A DNA stretch of 63,176 nucleotides, filler included, from Conidiobolus incongruus B7586 (lineage: Eukaryota), in NCBI GenBank assembly GCA_000697335.1. It is 6 parts of 6 records of this genome, joined end to end, with 100 filler letters (N's around TTAATTAATTAA, not from the genome) between each part and the next. Parts side by side here need not be neighbours in the genome. Positions count along the whole stretch, not along the records: positions 16,516 to 31,930 come from JNEM01006281.1; positions 32,031 to 45,215 come from JNEM01006282.1; 4 more parts are not named here. One strand, given 5' to 3'. The translations under genes and the position numbers were made by a program. This document shows positions 27,401 to 40,698 of the stretch, one piece after another (position 1 is the first letter of the stretch; each line of letters opens with the position of its first letter). The notes under the pieces were generated by a model. That model made no database searches, was not told where the DNA came from, and saw nothing but the letters and a program-made list of their open reading frames with translations.

Positions 27401-30400
27401 TAATTTTGAAGAAAATAGCTCATTTTGTTAGATATATATTATATATTAATAATATAAATTAATTCAAATTGAATTTGGATATTATATTATCAAAGTCATC
27501 AATCAATGATTATAAAATATTGGGAGTAAAGTATATGAAAAAATTGAATTTATATATAATCATTAAATATTGACAATATCTTTCTTTTTTATTTGATTTT
27601 GTTTATTTTATAAATTGAAAATCGTCTTAATTATTAAAAGCTAGGGTAGTAGATATATATTATATCTCTAATGATTACACTAAAATATCAAACGTACTTA
27701 TTATATCATAAACTCATGGAATTATAATGTTTGATATACTTCTTATATGATCGGTAAACATTTAATGGGCTAAATTGTAATCAATATTTGGAGGAATAAC
27801 ATTAAAATTAACCATACAGGAATCATATTGGTAATTTATATTTTTCGAGTTTTTGTAATATTAATAGGTTATATATATATATATAATTGATAAAGTTAAT
27901 AGAACATTTTTGATTGTATAAATATACTTTACACTCTGATTTATATATTTTTCTAAGAGAAATAAATAGCATTAATTTTCATAAACATAGTAATTTATAT
28001 TGGAATATATGTTTTAATAACAAAATTGATTTTATGAAGTTACTCGGTAAAATTAATTAAATATAATCAATTAAATCTTTTAAATAAAAATAATAATAAT
28101 AATACAAAAATCAAATTTTGTCAAATTTCAGTATAATAAAAAATTATCGAGTAACCAATCATTGCTAATCAGTATTAAGTGCTTTATTAAGTACGTTTTT
28201 AAATAAAATTTACTCTGGTAATATTTGATAAAATTTAACAAAGTTATAGCTCTCGTTTTAACAGGCTGATCGATTAAATAAAGTCATTTAAAAACTATTG
28301 GATTAATCATTCAGTAAATCTAAATACCTTTCTGTTGATAAAAATTGTTAAATCAGTTCATGTGGCATGAAAAATTTTAACATTACAGCTAATAAGTTAT
28401 GTCAATATTTAACTAATATAGTATGAATTGAATTATAACATAGTCGAGCAATTATAATATATTTTTGATTTTAGTATTAATAAAAATAATTTATTAATTT
28501 GAAACAAATTCAACTAAATTTGCTTGAATTTTTTAAAAAAAATTAAATCCTCAAATCATTCTGCTTAAATCCGAAATATCAAAAATTGCATAATTTTATT
28601 TTTATTCCCAATAAGTAATAATCAATTTCATTCAATGAAACTGTACGAGTTGGCAACATAAGCTAAACTTTGAATTTTAGATCAAAGTAACATTAAAAAC
28701 AATGGAATCTATAATATTCAAGTTAATTATTGATTTATAGTATTTCCTTACTATTTTCATAGATCCTTTTCATTTTGCGAATTAATCCCATTACTAACTA
28801 AATGATCCAACCATAAATAAATTAAGATATTTGATCTAATGATACAAATTAAATCTAACTTTTTATTAAAGTTATCTTACGTTGGTTGAGTACAATCAAT
28901 ATTGCGGGTGTGATATTATGTTATATCCATACTTTGAAGTATCAAAATAATGAAATTTCATGACATTATCAAAGATATAGAATATGTTCATGGATTGATA
29001 TATCGTATTCAATAAATAGATTCTATGCAGGAATCAGACATAATCAGCATTAAAAACAAACATAAGCAATATTTGTAAATCCTATAAACTTAACTTGATA
29101 CATAGACGACTTTGAAAAAGGTTATATTGATATAATGTAATATATATTATTCAAAATATTTAACTATTAGCCCAAACAAATAAATACAAAATCTAATTTT
29201 AATATTATGATAAAAATATCAATGTGAATATTAAGTACCAAATAATTTGGTAATATTTATCATTTTACTTTATAATAATTTGTATTTAATTATCAAACTA
29301 ATTTTTATAACTGTTATAAAAATTAGGCTTATTATTTAAAATTATACTTTTATAAATTTATGATATGCATTAGACTCATATTTTATACAGATGAATATTC
29401 CAATATAATAAATACACCAATATGTAAATTTTGGTCGAATTCTGGAAGAACGGGCTGATAAATATGCATCACTTGTTAATTATTACTTTGCAATTGATTT
29501 ATTTGTTATATATTATTAGGCAAAAAGGGTTAATAGCAAAATATGATATCGTTAAATTGAAAAGTATTAGAAGAGTTTTTTCAAATCAATATTTAATATT
29601 TGTCTTAATATACTGCCAAGTACACAAAAATCACATTAAATTTGATCGAAAATTTTACGCAGAAAATAAAATACATAATTAATAAATTTTTTCTATTTTT
29701 ATTATTATTATTATTATTATTGTTGAATCAAAAGGTAAATTACATTATACCAAATATTATTTTTTTTATTCAAAAAATTAATTTAAATTATAATAAAAAT
29801 TTAGATAATGATAATATAAATATATTCTCCATATTATAATATACACTAATTTAAACTGATAATATATCTAACAAATATTAAGTTAAATTTTTCAGAGTTA
29901 AATATTTAATTCAAAAATTATCAACATATTGATTTGATGTTTATCATTATTAGCCAATTAAGTATACCATCAATTAATGACATTTTAAAAATTCTATTTT
30001 AAAACAAATTTTATTATGTTTGCTATTGGTTAGTTATTTTTTAGTTTGGTTAAGAATAATTTGATTTTCTAATAAAATTAATAGATATTTTTTATTTATG
30101 ATTTAGTGTATTAAATTAAATATATATATATATATATTTAGTTTAATTATAAATATAACATATTATATATATTTTTTAAAATATTTAATATTGTAACTAA
30201 TATAGTGTATTTCTTTTTGTAAATTTTTTGAAATAATAGGGCTAGTTATAAAACTCATATAATGGTTTAATGCCTTGATTTTAATAAGCATCTTTGTTAC
30301 ACCGCTCAGTTGATGGATGGATAGATTATCAAAGTTACAATATTAACATAGACATTAGTATGGTTGAGTGTGTGCAAATTGAAAACTCCTGCCAGTGATT

Positions 30401-30785
30401 TGCCGACTTCTACCTCTTCTTTTAAGATTGAGGGAGATGTGTGGAATTAAAGTGATTTTGCATAAAATTTTTTTGAAACTTTCAGTAATGATCAAGATGT
30501 GGACAGACAAATTAGGGCATAAATAGATATATTCAAGTGGACGATTATAAGAATAATGTCTTTGAAAAAAGATAATTAGTATAAATAGCTAATATGAGCT
30601 AATAATTCTCTCAGTTTAAAAATTTAGCAAGTCTGAATGTGATTTTACTAACAAATACTGGTTATTAGTATTGTAAAATATTCATTTAAAAGTATTTTTA
30701 TTTTGTATTTGTAACATCTTTTCTGTTTTTCCGAGTGTTATTACCTATCCTTCTATTATTATATATACTTTCATTTAATTATATC

Positions 30786-31709
30786 ATGAAGGTTAAACCT
30801 ACAAATCACACGAGCGCTTACACCGCCGCCCTTTTAAATGAACTCCCTCCAGGCTTGTATCCTGCCAACCCAGTGCCCAATCCAACAAAGATTCAATACT
30901 CTAAACTCACCGGTAAACCTGTCAGGAAACAAAAAAATCCGTGTAAATCAAGATTATCCTGGACCAAGGCACAAAAATCAAGGTTGGAATCATATTATCA
31001 ACAAGACCCTGATCCTACCTTTGAGATGAGAGAAATGCTAGCTAAAGAATTGGGAGTAGAGACACGTAGCGTTCAGTTCTGGTTCCAGAATAGAAGAAGT
31101 CAAGATCCCCATCGCGCTAAACATAAACAACAACATCCAGTTCAAATGGCCAATAAGAAAGCAATTGACCCTTTCAATCGATTCAATACCCAACTTACTC
31201 CCCATCAGTCCGATGTGCTGCATTATATGGGCTATAACTTCCTGGAACACCATCAATACTCTTCATCTTCCGCTTCATCTAATTCATCCTATCACAGCAT
31301 GCAGCACCCAGCTACTACAACTCCTACACCAGCATTGCCCAATAATTCAATGTTCGAATCTAATGTAGATACTAGCCAGCCTAATAATTATGATTCGATG
31401 GGTTCTATGTACTACTCTACACCTATGTCAGAGCCCGGTCTCTTTAACCAAAACTCTGGTACTCGTTATATGTATCCTAATAATGGTAGTCAGGAACGCG
31501 GATACTCTCCAACGCATCTGGCTTCCTTACAAACAATAAAAATGAGCGACCGGCTGAGTATAGGAACGAACTCTACTTATAATGGAAGCCATAATCAAAA
31601 TTATCCACCCCCCAATCAACCAGATTATATGCTTGATTACAATCCAATTCCATCTGCAGTCAGCTCAGTGAATAATAGTCCCTATGTCAACTTATTTAGT
31701 TGGCAGTAA
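30786..31709 (+). CDS. Homeodomain transcription factor
   Basis: KSRLSWTKAQKSRLESYYQQDPDPTFEMREMLAKELGVETRSVQFWFQNRRSQ (helix-3 WFQNRR); low-complexity S/N/P/Q C-terminus; first ATG at 30786 (the ORF-track start is GTG). Confidence 0.92.
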   Translation: MKVKPTNHTSAYTAALLNELPPGLYPANPVPNPTKIQYSKLTGKPVRKQKNPCKSRLSWTKAQKSRLESYYQQDPDPTFEMREMLAKELGVETRSVQFWFQNRRSQDPHRAKHKQQHPVQMANKKAIDPFNRFNTQLTPHQSDVLHYMGYNFLEHHQYSSSSASSNSSYHSMQHPATTTPTPALPNNSMFESNVDTSQPNNYDSMGSMYYSTPMSEPGLFNQNSGTRYMYPNNGSQERGYSPTHLASLQTIKMSDRLSIGTNSTYNGSHNQNYPPPNQPDYMLDYNPIPSAVSSVNNSPYVNLFSWQ

Positions 31710-31930
31710 AGAAAATTAATTACTAACGATTTAATATACATTTTATCAATTTTTCTCTCCTCTTCCTAGAATATTTTAATTAAATTAATAAATTATTTCT
31801 TATTAAAAATAAAAAATATATATATATATATATATGAATATTTTTCTTTCATATTTATTTTTTTAACTTATTATTTAATAAATAAATTATTATTTAATTA
31901 ATTTTTCTTTGAACCATATTTTATATTGTA

Positions 31931-32030
31931 NNNNNNNNNNNNNNNNNNNNNNNNNNNNNNNNNNNNNNNNNNNNTTAATTAATTAANNNNNNNNNNNNNN
32001 NNNNNNNNNNNNNNNNNNNNNNNNNNNNNN
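31931..32030. other. Artificial contig linker / assembly gap
   Basis: N44-TTAATTAATTAA-N44. Confidence 0.95.
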
Positions 32031-33255
32031 AAACAAATAAGAAAATAAATAGTTTTGAATTATATATATATATAATAATTTTTTTGATTAAAAAATTAAC
32101 TTTTTAAAATTATTTATTTAATTTAATTTTGCTTAAACCAAATAATAACTATCACAAATTTTTTATTTTAATATTAGTAAAACTTAATCATAAACCTTTT
32201 AAAATTATTTAAAATTTAAAAACAACTTTTAATAATGAAGTATAATATAAATTAACAATTTATCACTAAGTAACTTACTTTAAAGCTAAGAGAAAAACTA
32301 CACATAACCTGTTAAAATATAAAAAATTCATTTTAACTATTACTTTTTTAATTGTTAATAAAGTAAAAAAAATATATTAAAAAATACCTTTTTATTTTAA
32401 TTAAAAAATTATTAAAACACTTTAATATTAGTTACATAAGTATTTTTATATTTATTAAAGTTTAAATTAAAATTAATGAATAAAAATATAAAATAAATAC
32501 TTTATAATTTAACTAAAACTTAAAAAAAGTTAGAGTAGCTATTATTAAATAAAACTTACTAAAGTATAACTAGAAACTAAGGTTTTTACAAAATATTATT
32601 ACAATTGATAAATTTTAATTTTTTTTATATAATCTTTTATTAAAACATAAATTAAAATGTTAAATTAAGTTAAATCAACCACTTCTATAAATTTCTTTAA
32701 ATAAATACTTTGTTAATAAGTGAATGTTAATTATTATAATAAATTATAATAGTATATGCTATTCTTATTTAATTTTTAAAAAAAATTAATTAATAATAAA
32801 CTTTTTATTTTTTTTAAATAAAATTATTTCAAATTAATATTCTTAATATAATTTAAGAAAACCTATTATTTTATATGATAATTATAAAATATATAAATTT
32901 AAAGCTATAAAAAGTTTTCTAATTGAAAATAACTAGAAAAAACTATTATATCTAGTATATTCTTTAGATTATAACTTATGTAATTATAATTGTTTTAAGT
33001 AATTAAAAAATTAGCTTATAAAAAAGAAAATTTCTATAAAAAAATTAATTAGTTTGTAAAATATCAAATTTTAATCTTTAATAAAAAGAATTGTTTTTTA
33101 AATATTAGATCTTTGCTAAAAGTATAGCAAAAAGTTATTACAAATAAAAGAAATTATTAATTTTATATTATATATTTATTTTTACTTTTTATATATTAAA
33201 ATATATATTTTTTTCAATCACAAAAAATTTCCATTATTTAAATTATAAAATAATA
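32031..33255 (+). mobile_element. Heavily AT-decayed mariner copy (5' TIR lost in gap)
   Basis: Colinear with 43505-44824 (e.g. aataagtgaatgttaatt, cctattattttatatgataatt, aataaaaagaattgttttttaaatattaga); ends with TIR-like ccattatttaaattataaaataata. Confidence 0.85.
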
Positions 33256-35684
33256 ATAAAAAATAAGTGAAATCTTTATAAAATAATTTTCTAAATATCA
33301 ATTATACATAGCAATAAAAAATCAAAAAAAAATTATCATTTTATCAAGTATTAAATTATACCATTGCCTGAATATTGATCCACCTGAATAGGTAATTTAA
33401 AAAGGATATTTAACTTGATTTTATAAATCAAACTAAATTTATATAATAATTTTGAAAATCTACAAACAAAATATTTTTAATAGGGAATATTCAAAATTTA
33501 ATTAATTATAATTGAAATTAATAAAATATACATATCATATTCCAAAGAGTAATATTTGGTAAATATAAAATTTATTTAATATCTTTTAATAATTTAAATT
33601 ATCAACTCTTATTGTTTAATTCAATATATGATTTTTTTTCAATATTTTCAAATAGTTCAATAAAATCATTTTTATTAATAACTAAATATTAAATGTTTAG
33701 GAACATTATGGACAAAATGTAAAAAATTTATTACAAAGTTTGATTTTATTTAATAAATGGTTTATTAACAAATATTCAGCTTAGGCTATATTTGCAGATT
33801 CTAATATAATTAATCATCAAGTTTTTCAAAACCTATATGAAATTAAAATGACTCCATTGCAAGAATATGAAAAAATTATTGAGCTTATATATTATCCAAG
33901 TTATATAAAATCCAATTATCAATTAGTATATATCTTCCAAACTTGTTATACAAAAATAAATTTAAAAATTGATATAAATAATAAAAATTGCTGAAATCAT
34001 TCCTAAAGTTTCATTCTCTGACATTTCACAATAAATTAAACAGATGTATGATCCAAGTCTCCCTCCAATCAATTTAGCAATCATGATGGACTGTTCAAAT
34101 TGATTTGATGTTATTTTTGCCTGACGATAATGAGAGAGTTTGGAAAATTATTGGTACTGATTAACGCAACATTCTTATTGGTAACGTAGAAATTATCAAT
34201 TTTGACTTTCAATATTTTCAAAATTTTTAATAAGTGGAGATTTCAAAATCTCTGGATTTGTATGAAGCTTAACTTTCGAGAAAAAATTGCTTGTGATATT
34301 TAGCCACAATAGTTTCTTCATACTTGATGTCATATGGAGATTTTCAGTTAAATCATAGCACTCTAAAGGGTTTGAGAGATTAAGTATAATACATATTGGT
34401 ATAATGATAGCAATTAATTATATAAATTTAACTTATTCGGTAATTTATTTTATTAATATCTGTATATAAGTCCAATATATTATATAATATTATCAAATGA
34501 TTAATACAAATCAACTATTACTACTTATTACGATATTCAAATTAAAAATTTCTTTGATTCTATTTTAATTAATCACATAATAGTTTTAAAATTATAAGAT
34601 TCTTTTGATCAGTTATATAGTTGCCAAATATATCTTCAATTTTGAATATAAATAAAAATATTTTTAATTGATATTATGTTTAACTCAAATTTGCATTTTG
34701 TAATGATTTAAGTATAGAAAGGGTAGTGATTGATATTTTTGAAAACTTTATTAAATATTATATTAGAATCACTTTTGAAATATTATAAAATTCAAATTTT
34801 TATAATAATAAAATATTTTTGACTATTAATATATAAAATTTAAAATTTAGTTTGGATAATAAATTTATAATGTGTATATTATTAGTCTTTCAGATAATCA
34901 ATAACCATATGTATTCAAATTTTCCTTCAATGTAAACGATGTTATAGCTTTAAAGAGCTTGAAATACTTATACAATGTTTAATTAAGTTGATTTAATTAA
35001 ATTATAATACAATAATTTACATAAAATATAGAGAATTTAATTTTAAAAAGTCAAATTTTAATATATGATTATTATTAATATTTTTCGTGATGAAGCATGG
35101 TATATAATATAAAATTAACCAAAATTACTTATCAATTTAGGTAAAGTGTAATATAACTAGATAAAATACAGTTTAACACTGTGGATTATTGCATCTAATC
35201 ATATTAATTCGAATATTTAGAGTAATTCTCTAAATTGGTTTGTTAAATTTAATCAATTAAAAATTATATTTCTATAATAAATTCTGAGAAATTATTGGTT
35301 TTAATATTGACTAAATAAATTAATTTAATTATTAAATATAAGTACATTAAATTGGACAATATTCACTCAGTACTAAGCATCTTGCTTTCAACAAGATTTC
35401 CATTTTGAGTATTCAAATTCAAGACTTGATCAAATTGGGATGTTTACATGTTGATAAATGAACCAATTAAATTGTTATGAAATCATTATATCCTAATTAG
35501 AACCCAAAATTTTCTTGATAAGTTTCTTAGGTTTTATTGCACGGAATTAATATGGGGAAGTAATTGGAGAATAGATGCAATACTACGAACATTACAGAGT
35601 ATATAATAAATTAAGTTTTCTGTAAATCATACTATACCTTATTCAGTTTTAGTTAATCAGTTAGTACTTATTAATCTAATTAGC

Positions 35685-35975
35685 ATGACTTGTTTTAAAA
35701 ACATTCTGATCTTAGTTGCTGGTATTTCTGCACTAGCACCCCATGGTAATACTGACTTATCAGTAGCTCAATCGGTTACCTCTGCTACCAATCCAGTTTC
35801 TAAATTAATGGCAAGTGGATCTAATGCTAATGCCCCTGTAAGCATTGTAACAGCTCCCAAAGCTCGTCGTCAGTGGTTTGGTCATAATTTTGGACATGGA
35901 TACTACCGCCGTCAACAAACAATGAGTGGACATATTGGAAGATTTGACGAAGTTAATAGTTTTTGGAGAAGATAA
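35685..35975 (+). CDS. Secreted Kex2-processed peptide precursor 1 (cores QWFGHNFGHGYY; QQTMSGHIGRFDEVNSFW)
   Basis: Signal peptide and pro-region homologous to the three downstream genes; RR-flanked segments. Confidence 0.8.
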   Translation: MTCFKNILILVAGISALAPHGNTDLSVAQSVTSATNPVSKLMASGSNANAPVSIVTAPKARRQWFGHNFGHGYYRRQQTMSGHIGRFDEVNSFWRR

Positions 35976-37048
35976 TTAGTTTTAATCAGTTGGTCTTATA
36001 TCAATCGATAAGTTGTTACTTATAATAATTGGTTGCTTTGAAATTTTATTGTGTAATAAAATTATATTCACTACCTTTATATAAATTTTATAACCTTTAT
36101 TAATTAAATTTAATATAAGTTATTAAAATGATAGGGTCATTAAATTGTAGAAAAAAAATTTGATAAAAATTATAATATAACAATAATATTAAAAATAATT
36201 GTTTAAATAAAAAATATTTAACTAGTCTAATTTATTATCCTAATTAAAACATAAATAGATAATATATAACTATTCTGGTGATATGTATTAAACTAACGAG
36301 ACTCATTTATCAATTTTATTTTTATGATACATAATTATTGTCAATTTATTATCGGAAATAATGAAAATATAGATATTTATATTGATTAGTTAAATATTAT
36401 ATTATAAACTAAAACATAATTTTATGATTGAGGAAATTTTAATATTTGTGAAATAAATTCAATAACTCACTAAATCAGCTCCTACAAAAATTTTAAATGA
36501 AATGTTAATATCCTGATGATGTGAACAATGAGTGTAATGAAATCTGATTGAATTGATAGAAGAATTGGTAACTAAACGTTTCCTCATCCTTGGATTAATG
36601 TATCTCACTATTTTGTAATAAATCTATATACATAATGATAAAAGCATAATTTTTTCGTAATATAAAAAATAATACTCTTTAGAATTTCGTCAGATAAAGC
36701 TAAATAGTAAGAAATAGTGAAAACTTAATCCTAACAATTTAATCAATAATGTTATTAACATAAATATTAATGATGAGATCATATTCCAATATGTAAACAG
36801 AGATATTAATAATTAGTCAACTAAAAGTAACCATATTTAATGCTTTATAAATAAATTGAATTTATTTTATAATCACCTCATAATACTAAGAAATTAATTA
36901 TTAATTAATTTACCATTCAAAGCAAATTTAAATTTGAGGAAATTTTAAATTTATAAAATATTATTGTTTACAATAAAATTGAATGAAATCATTAATTAAA
37001 ATTTTTTGAAAACTAAATTATTTGGGTTATAGTTTAAGTTATATTATT

Positions 37049-37112
37049 TCAAAATAAACTGGAGTGTAAACCAATGCAAATTCGTATGGATTGCTAGTCA
37101 CATAATATATAA
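37049..37112 (+). promoter_or_regulatory. Conserved upstream motif TCAAAATAAACTGGAGT plus TATATAA of precursor 2
   Basis: Identical 17-mer at 38934-38950, variant at 40561-40577; all about 138 nt before the ATG, TATATAA about 81 nt before the ATG. Confidence 0.65.
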
Positions 37113-37186
37113 TAGAGTGATAAGTTATCGATATACATTATAGTATTGTAATATTTATTTATTCATTAAAGCTTAATTTATTCGAA

Positions 37187-37714
37187 ATGACTTCTTTCAC
37201 TAATATCCTTCTCTTGATCGCTGCTACTGCTGCCATTGCTCCCATTAGAAATACTGATCTTCCTGTGACTGAATCGGTTACAAATGCTGCTGATCCTTTT
37301 GTACAACAACTTACCGAGTTAGTTGCTAGTGGTCTTAAAGCTAATTCTCTCGCTCAACCAGAGACTATCACTAATACCGTCACAGGACAATCCGAACCTG
37401 TAACTGAAACTGTAACTGATGCTGCTTCAGTGATTCGTCGCCAATGGTATCGTAATGGCTACTACCGTCGTAGTTTGAACGCCGATACTCCTGCCAAAGC
37501 TAAATCATCTGAATCTGACAAGGCTCGTCGTCAATGGTATGGATCTAGAAATGGCTACTATCGTCGCAGCGTTAGTGCTGATACTCCTGCCAAAGCTGGA
37601 AGTACTGCCACTTCCTCCCAACCCAATACTGAGGCCTCAAGCGAGTCTGAATCTCAAAACAGTTCTAAAACTCGTCGTGATTGGTATGATAACTATGGTA
37701 ATGGTTACTATTAG
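37187..37714 (+). CDS. Secreted Kex2-processed peptide precursor 2 (cores QWYRNGYY, QWYGSRNGYY, DWYDNYGNGYY)
   Basis: Signal peptide MTSFTNILLLIAATAAIAP; cores preceded by RR and followed by RR or stop; S/T/A/E/K-rich spacers. Confidence 0.88.
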   Translation: MTSFTNILLLIAATAAIAPIRNTDLPVTESVTNAADPFVQQLTELVASGLKANSLAQPETITNTVTGQSEPVTETVTDAASVIRRQWYRNGYYRRSLNADTPAKAKSSESDKARRQWYGSRNGYYRRSVSADTPAKAGSTATSSQPNTEASSESESQNSSKTRRDWYDNYGNGYY

Positions 37715-38933
37715 ATAGCTAATTCTATTTTACATATATACCTCCCCTATTTACCATAATATATAGACATTAATAAACCATCATTATTTCTATTATTAAA
37801 TTACTTTTTTCTATCTATTATCATTGAAATTATATCTTTTGATATTAAAAGAATATTTCCATAGATAATTTGTCATTTTATTTGATAAATACATGAGATT
37901 TTCTAAAATTATCAATGTCTATAATATTAATATATATATATATATATTTAATTTCTTTTATGATTTTGAAATTTTTTATACAAAATTTCAAAATTTGTAA
38001 ATGTCAATAAAAGTAATAACCCTATTAATTGTTTAACTATTTTTATTAGAAAAGCTTTATAAATAAAATTTTTTAAAAAAAATTATTATTTAATTTTCAA
38101 GTTATAAATTTATATAATAAATTATTTTGATACTTTATTAAAAATTTTTTGATAATATAATTTTAAAGTTATCAAATATAAGTAATTTTTAAATTTGAAT
38201 TTAAATTATTTGCGATTAATCATAAATTATGGTAATATTAAATTATTAAATAATAACTACATCTCATATAATAGTTGAAAATATTGTATAAAATATTGAT
38301 GTTTTTCTATAAATTCATTATGTAGTGAATGAATCAAGTCATTTCTTTAGAATAATATGTTGATACTAATGTTTGAGAATTGTCAAATAAAAACAGTTTC
38401 CAAATTTTATTATATATAAATATGAAAAACACTATTAGAATTTTATTAAATAAAAACAATGATATTGTAAATATAATTCGGAAAATTATTTTCATTAAAG
38501 AACATAATGTTTAATTGAATATAACTCTAAACGATTAGTATACGATATATTTTATACTATTCAAATAAACCATAGAACATTGAAATAAGTTGCATTAAAA
38601 TCATTTCTTTTTAGTTCATATTTATTATAGTCATCAATTTTACCATACAAATGAACTCTAATAAATTGATAATGTGTTAGATATGAACCTATTAGCATTA
38701 AAACTATCCACAAATTGAAAAAAAAACTAATATTGATTATTCAAATATTAATAAACTTTATCTTAAACTATAAAGTGCTAAATTGATTTAAATATTGTTC
38801 CTATTCAAGGTAAATTCATGTTGAATAATGCAAGTATTTAAATTGACTCGTGTCGATAATTAAATATTGATGATTTCAATAGTCTAAATCTTATAGACTA
38901 AATGAATATGGTTAAAATCAAATTTGTATTAAA

Positions 38934-38997
38934 TCAAAATAAACTGGAGTTGACGTGGGAAAAGGTTGATGTGAAATGATGTTTCATGGGTATATAA
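38934..38997 (+). promoter_or_regulatory. Conserved upstream motif plus TATATAA of precursor 3
   Basis: TCAAAATAAACTGGAGT at 38934, TATATAA at 38991. Confidence 0.65.
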
Positions 38998-39072
38998 TGA
39001 GTTGATTGAATAATGAATAGATATTATAGCATATTATCAATTATTTAATTATCAAGGCTTAATTTATTCGAA

Positions 39073-39546
39073 ATGACTTCTTTCACTAATATCCTTCTCT
39101 TGATCGCTGCTACTGCTGCCATTGCTCCCATTAGAAATACTGATCTTCCTGTGACTGAATCGGTTACAAATGCTGCTGATCCTTTTGTACAACAAGTTAC
39201 CGAGTTAGCTGCTAGTGGTTTTAAAGCTATTTCTCTCGCTCAACCAGAGACTATCACTAATACCGTCACAGGACAATCCGAACCTGTAACTGAAACTGTA
39301 ACTGATGCTGCTTCAGTGATTCGTCGCCAATGGTATCGTAACGGCTACTACCGTCGCAGCTTGAATGCTGATACTCCTGCCAAAGCTAAATCATCTGAAT
39401 CTGACAAGGCTCGTCGTCAATGGTATGGATCTAGAAATGGCTACTATCGTCGCAGTGTTAGTGCCGATACTCCTGCCAAAGAAGCTAAGTCGGCAGAATC
39501 TGAAAAAGCTCGTCGCCAATGGTATGGTTATGGAAATCGCTATTAA
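39073..39546 (+). CDS. Secreted Kex2-processed peptide precursor 3 (cores QWYRNGYY, QWYGSRNGYY, QWYGYGNRY)
   Basis: Near-identical to precursor 2 through about codon 136; RR-delimited cores. Confidence 0.88.
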   Translation: MTSFTNILLLIAATAAIAPIRNTDLPVTESVTNAADPFVQQVTELAASGFKAISLAQPETITNTVTGQSEPVTETVTDAASVIRRQWYRNGYYRRSLNADTPAKAKSSESDKARRQWYGSRNGYYRRSVSADTPAKEAKSAESEKARRQWYGYGNRY

Positions 39547-40560
39547 CTTCTTTCAATCAAGATCAAATTATTAGAGATCCTTAGACTCATTTTTCTACCA
39601 CATTATATATCATTAATCATTCCAATAAACTACATACGATTTTGTTATTAAATATTGTTTTTAATTTTTGATAATTTATATTGTAATTATGTTTCCATTT
39701 ATTTGAATGGCAATGTTCTATCTTTTGAAAATTGATAATGTGTATTTTATCCTAATAATCAATATGACTTAAAAATTATATAAAATAATTATTTTTAATA
39801 TATCAAAAAATATATGTTTACCTTGAAATAGATTATCACTATTTAAATTTTATTATATCTTTTATATCTAATTAAATATTCTGGAGAGTATATAATTATT
39901 TTACTTAAATATTAGGAAATAAATTATTAATTCTATTAAATAATATTTAAAAAACTTTATGTTATTTAAAATTTATAAGACGTTAATTTTTGACTCTATA
40001 TCTTTATTTTTTTTAAATATCAAATTTTTTATTATTCAATTCTATACATTTTTTAAACTTCATATCGATTATGGTGCAAGATTTTAACTAAACTTATACT
40101 TCATTACATCACCTATATTATATAAAATTAAAACTATTAATTTCATTATGATTTTAAATATATTGTTAATGCAATTTTAAATACTAATCTAGTTAAACTA
40201 ATTATAATCTGGATATATTGAAATATTTGAATTAAAAATGTTGTTCAAATACACTAAGTATAACGAACTAAAAAGTTTTTGTGATATAATATTAGAACAA
40301 ACTTAAAAAATAAAGCACTTATCAAATCAATAAATACAAACTAGTCCAATTCAGTTAATAAATTTTATACCTAATGTTCAATTACCTAATATTCTATGTA
40401 CCTCCAACCCAATTCAAATTCAAATCCCTATTTGAGTGAATTGAATGAAAATTTGAATGAAATATATTGATGTATTTAGTTGTTTTAAATTTAATGATAT
40501 CATAGAAGAAAATTTCCCAAAAACTAATTTAGTTTTAGTTTAAATGAAGGTTCAATTACG

Positions 40561-40624
40561 TCAAAAATAAACTGGGGACCGTATGATAGTAATTTGAAGG
40601 ACAAGCTCATTATATAGTATATAA
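40561..40624 (+). promoter_or_regulatory. Conserved upstream motif plus TATATAA of precursor 4
   Basis: TCAAAAATAAACTGGGG at 40561, TATATAA at 40618. Confidence 0.6.
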
Positions 40625-40698
40625 GTGTATTAATTAATGTTAAATATTTATTATAAAATCTTTAGAATTATTTAATTACACTATATTATCTATTCATC

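Noticed and set aside
29431..29839. Short hydrophobic ORFs in AT-rich DNA (also 2703, 10157, 10206, 11089, 22549)
   Set aside because: Composition is that expected from AT-rich non-coding sequence; no domains.
33700..34400. Slightly GC-richer stretch upstream of precursor 1, possibly a decayed gene
   Set aside because: Frequent stops and no motif I could recognise; BLASTx would be needed.
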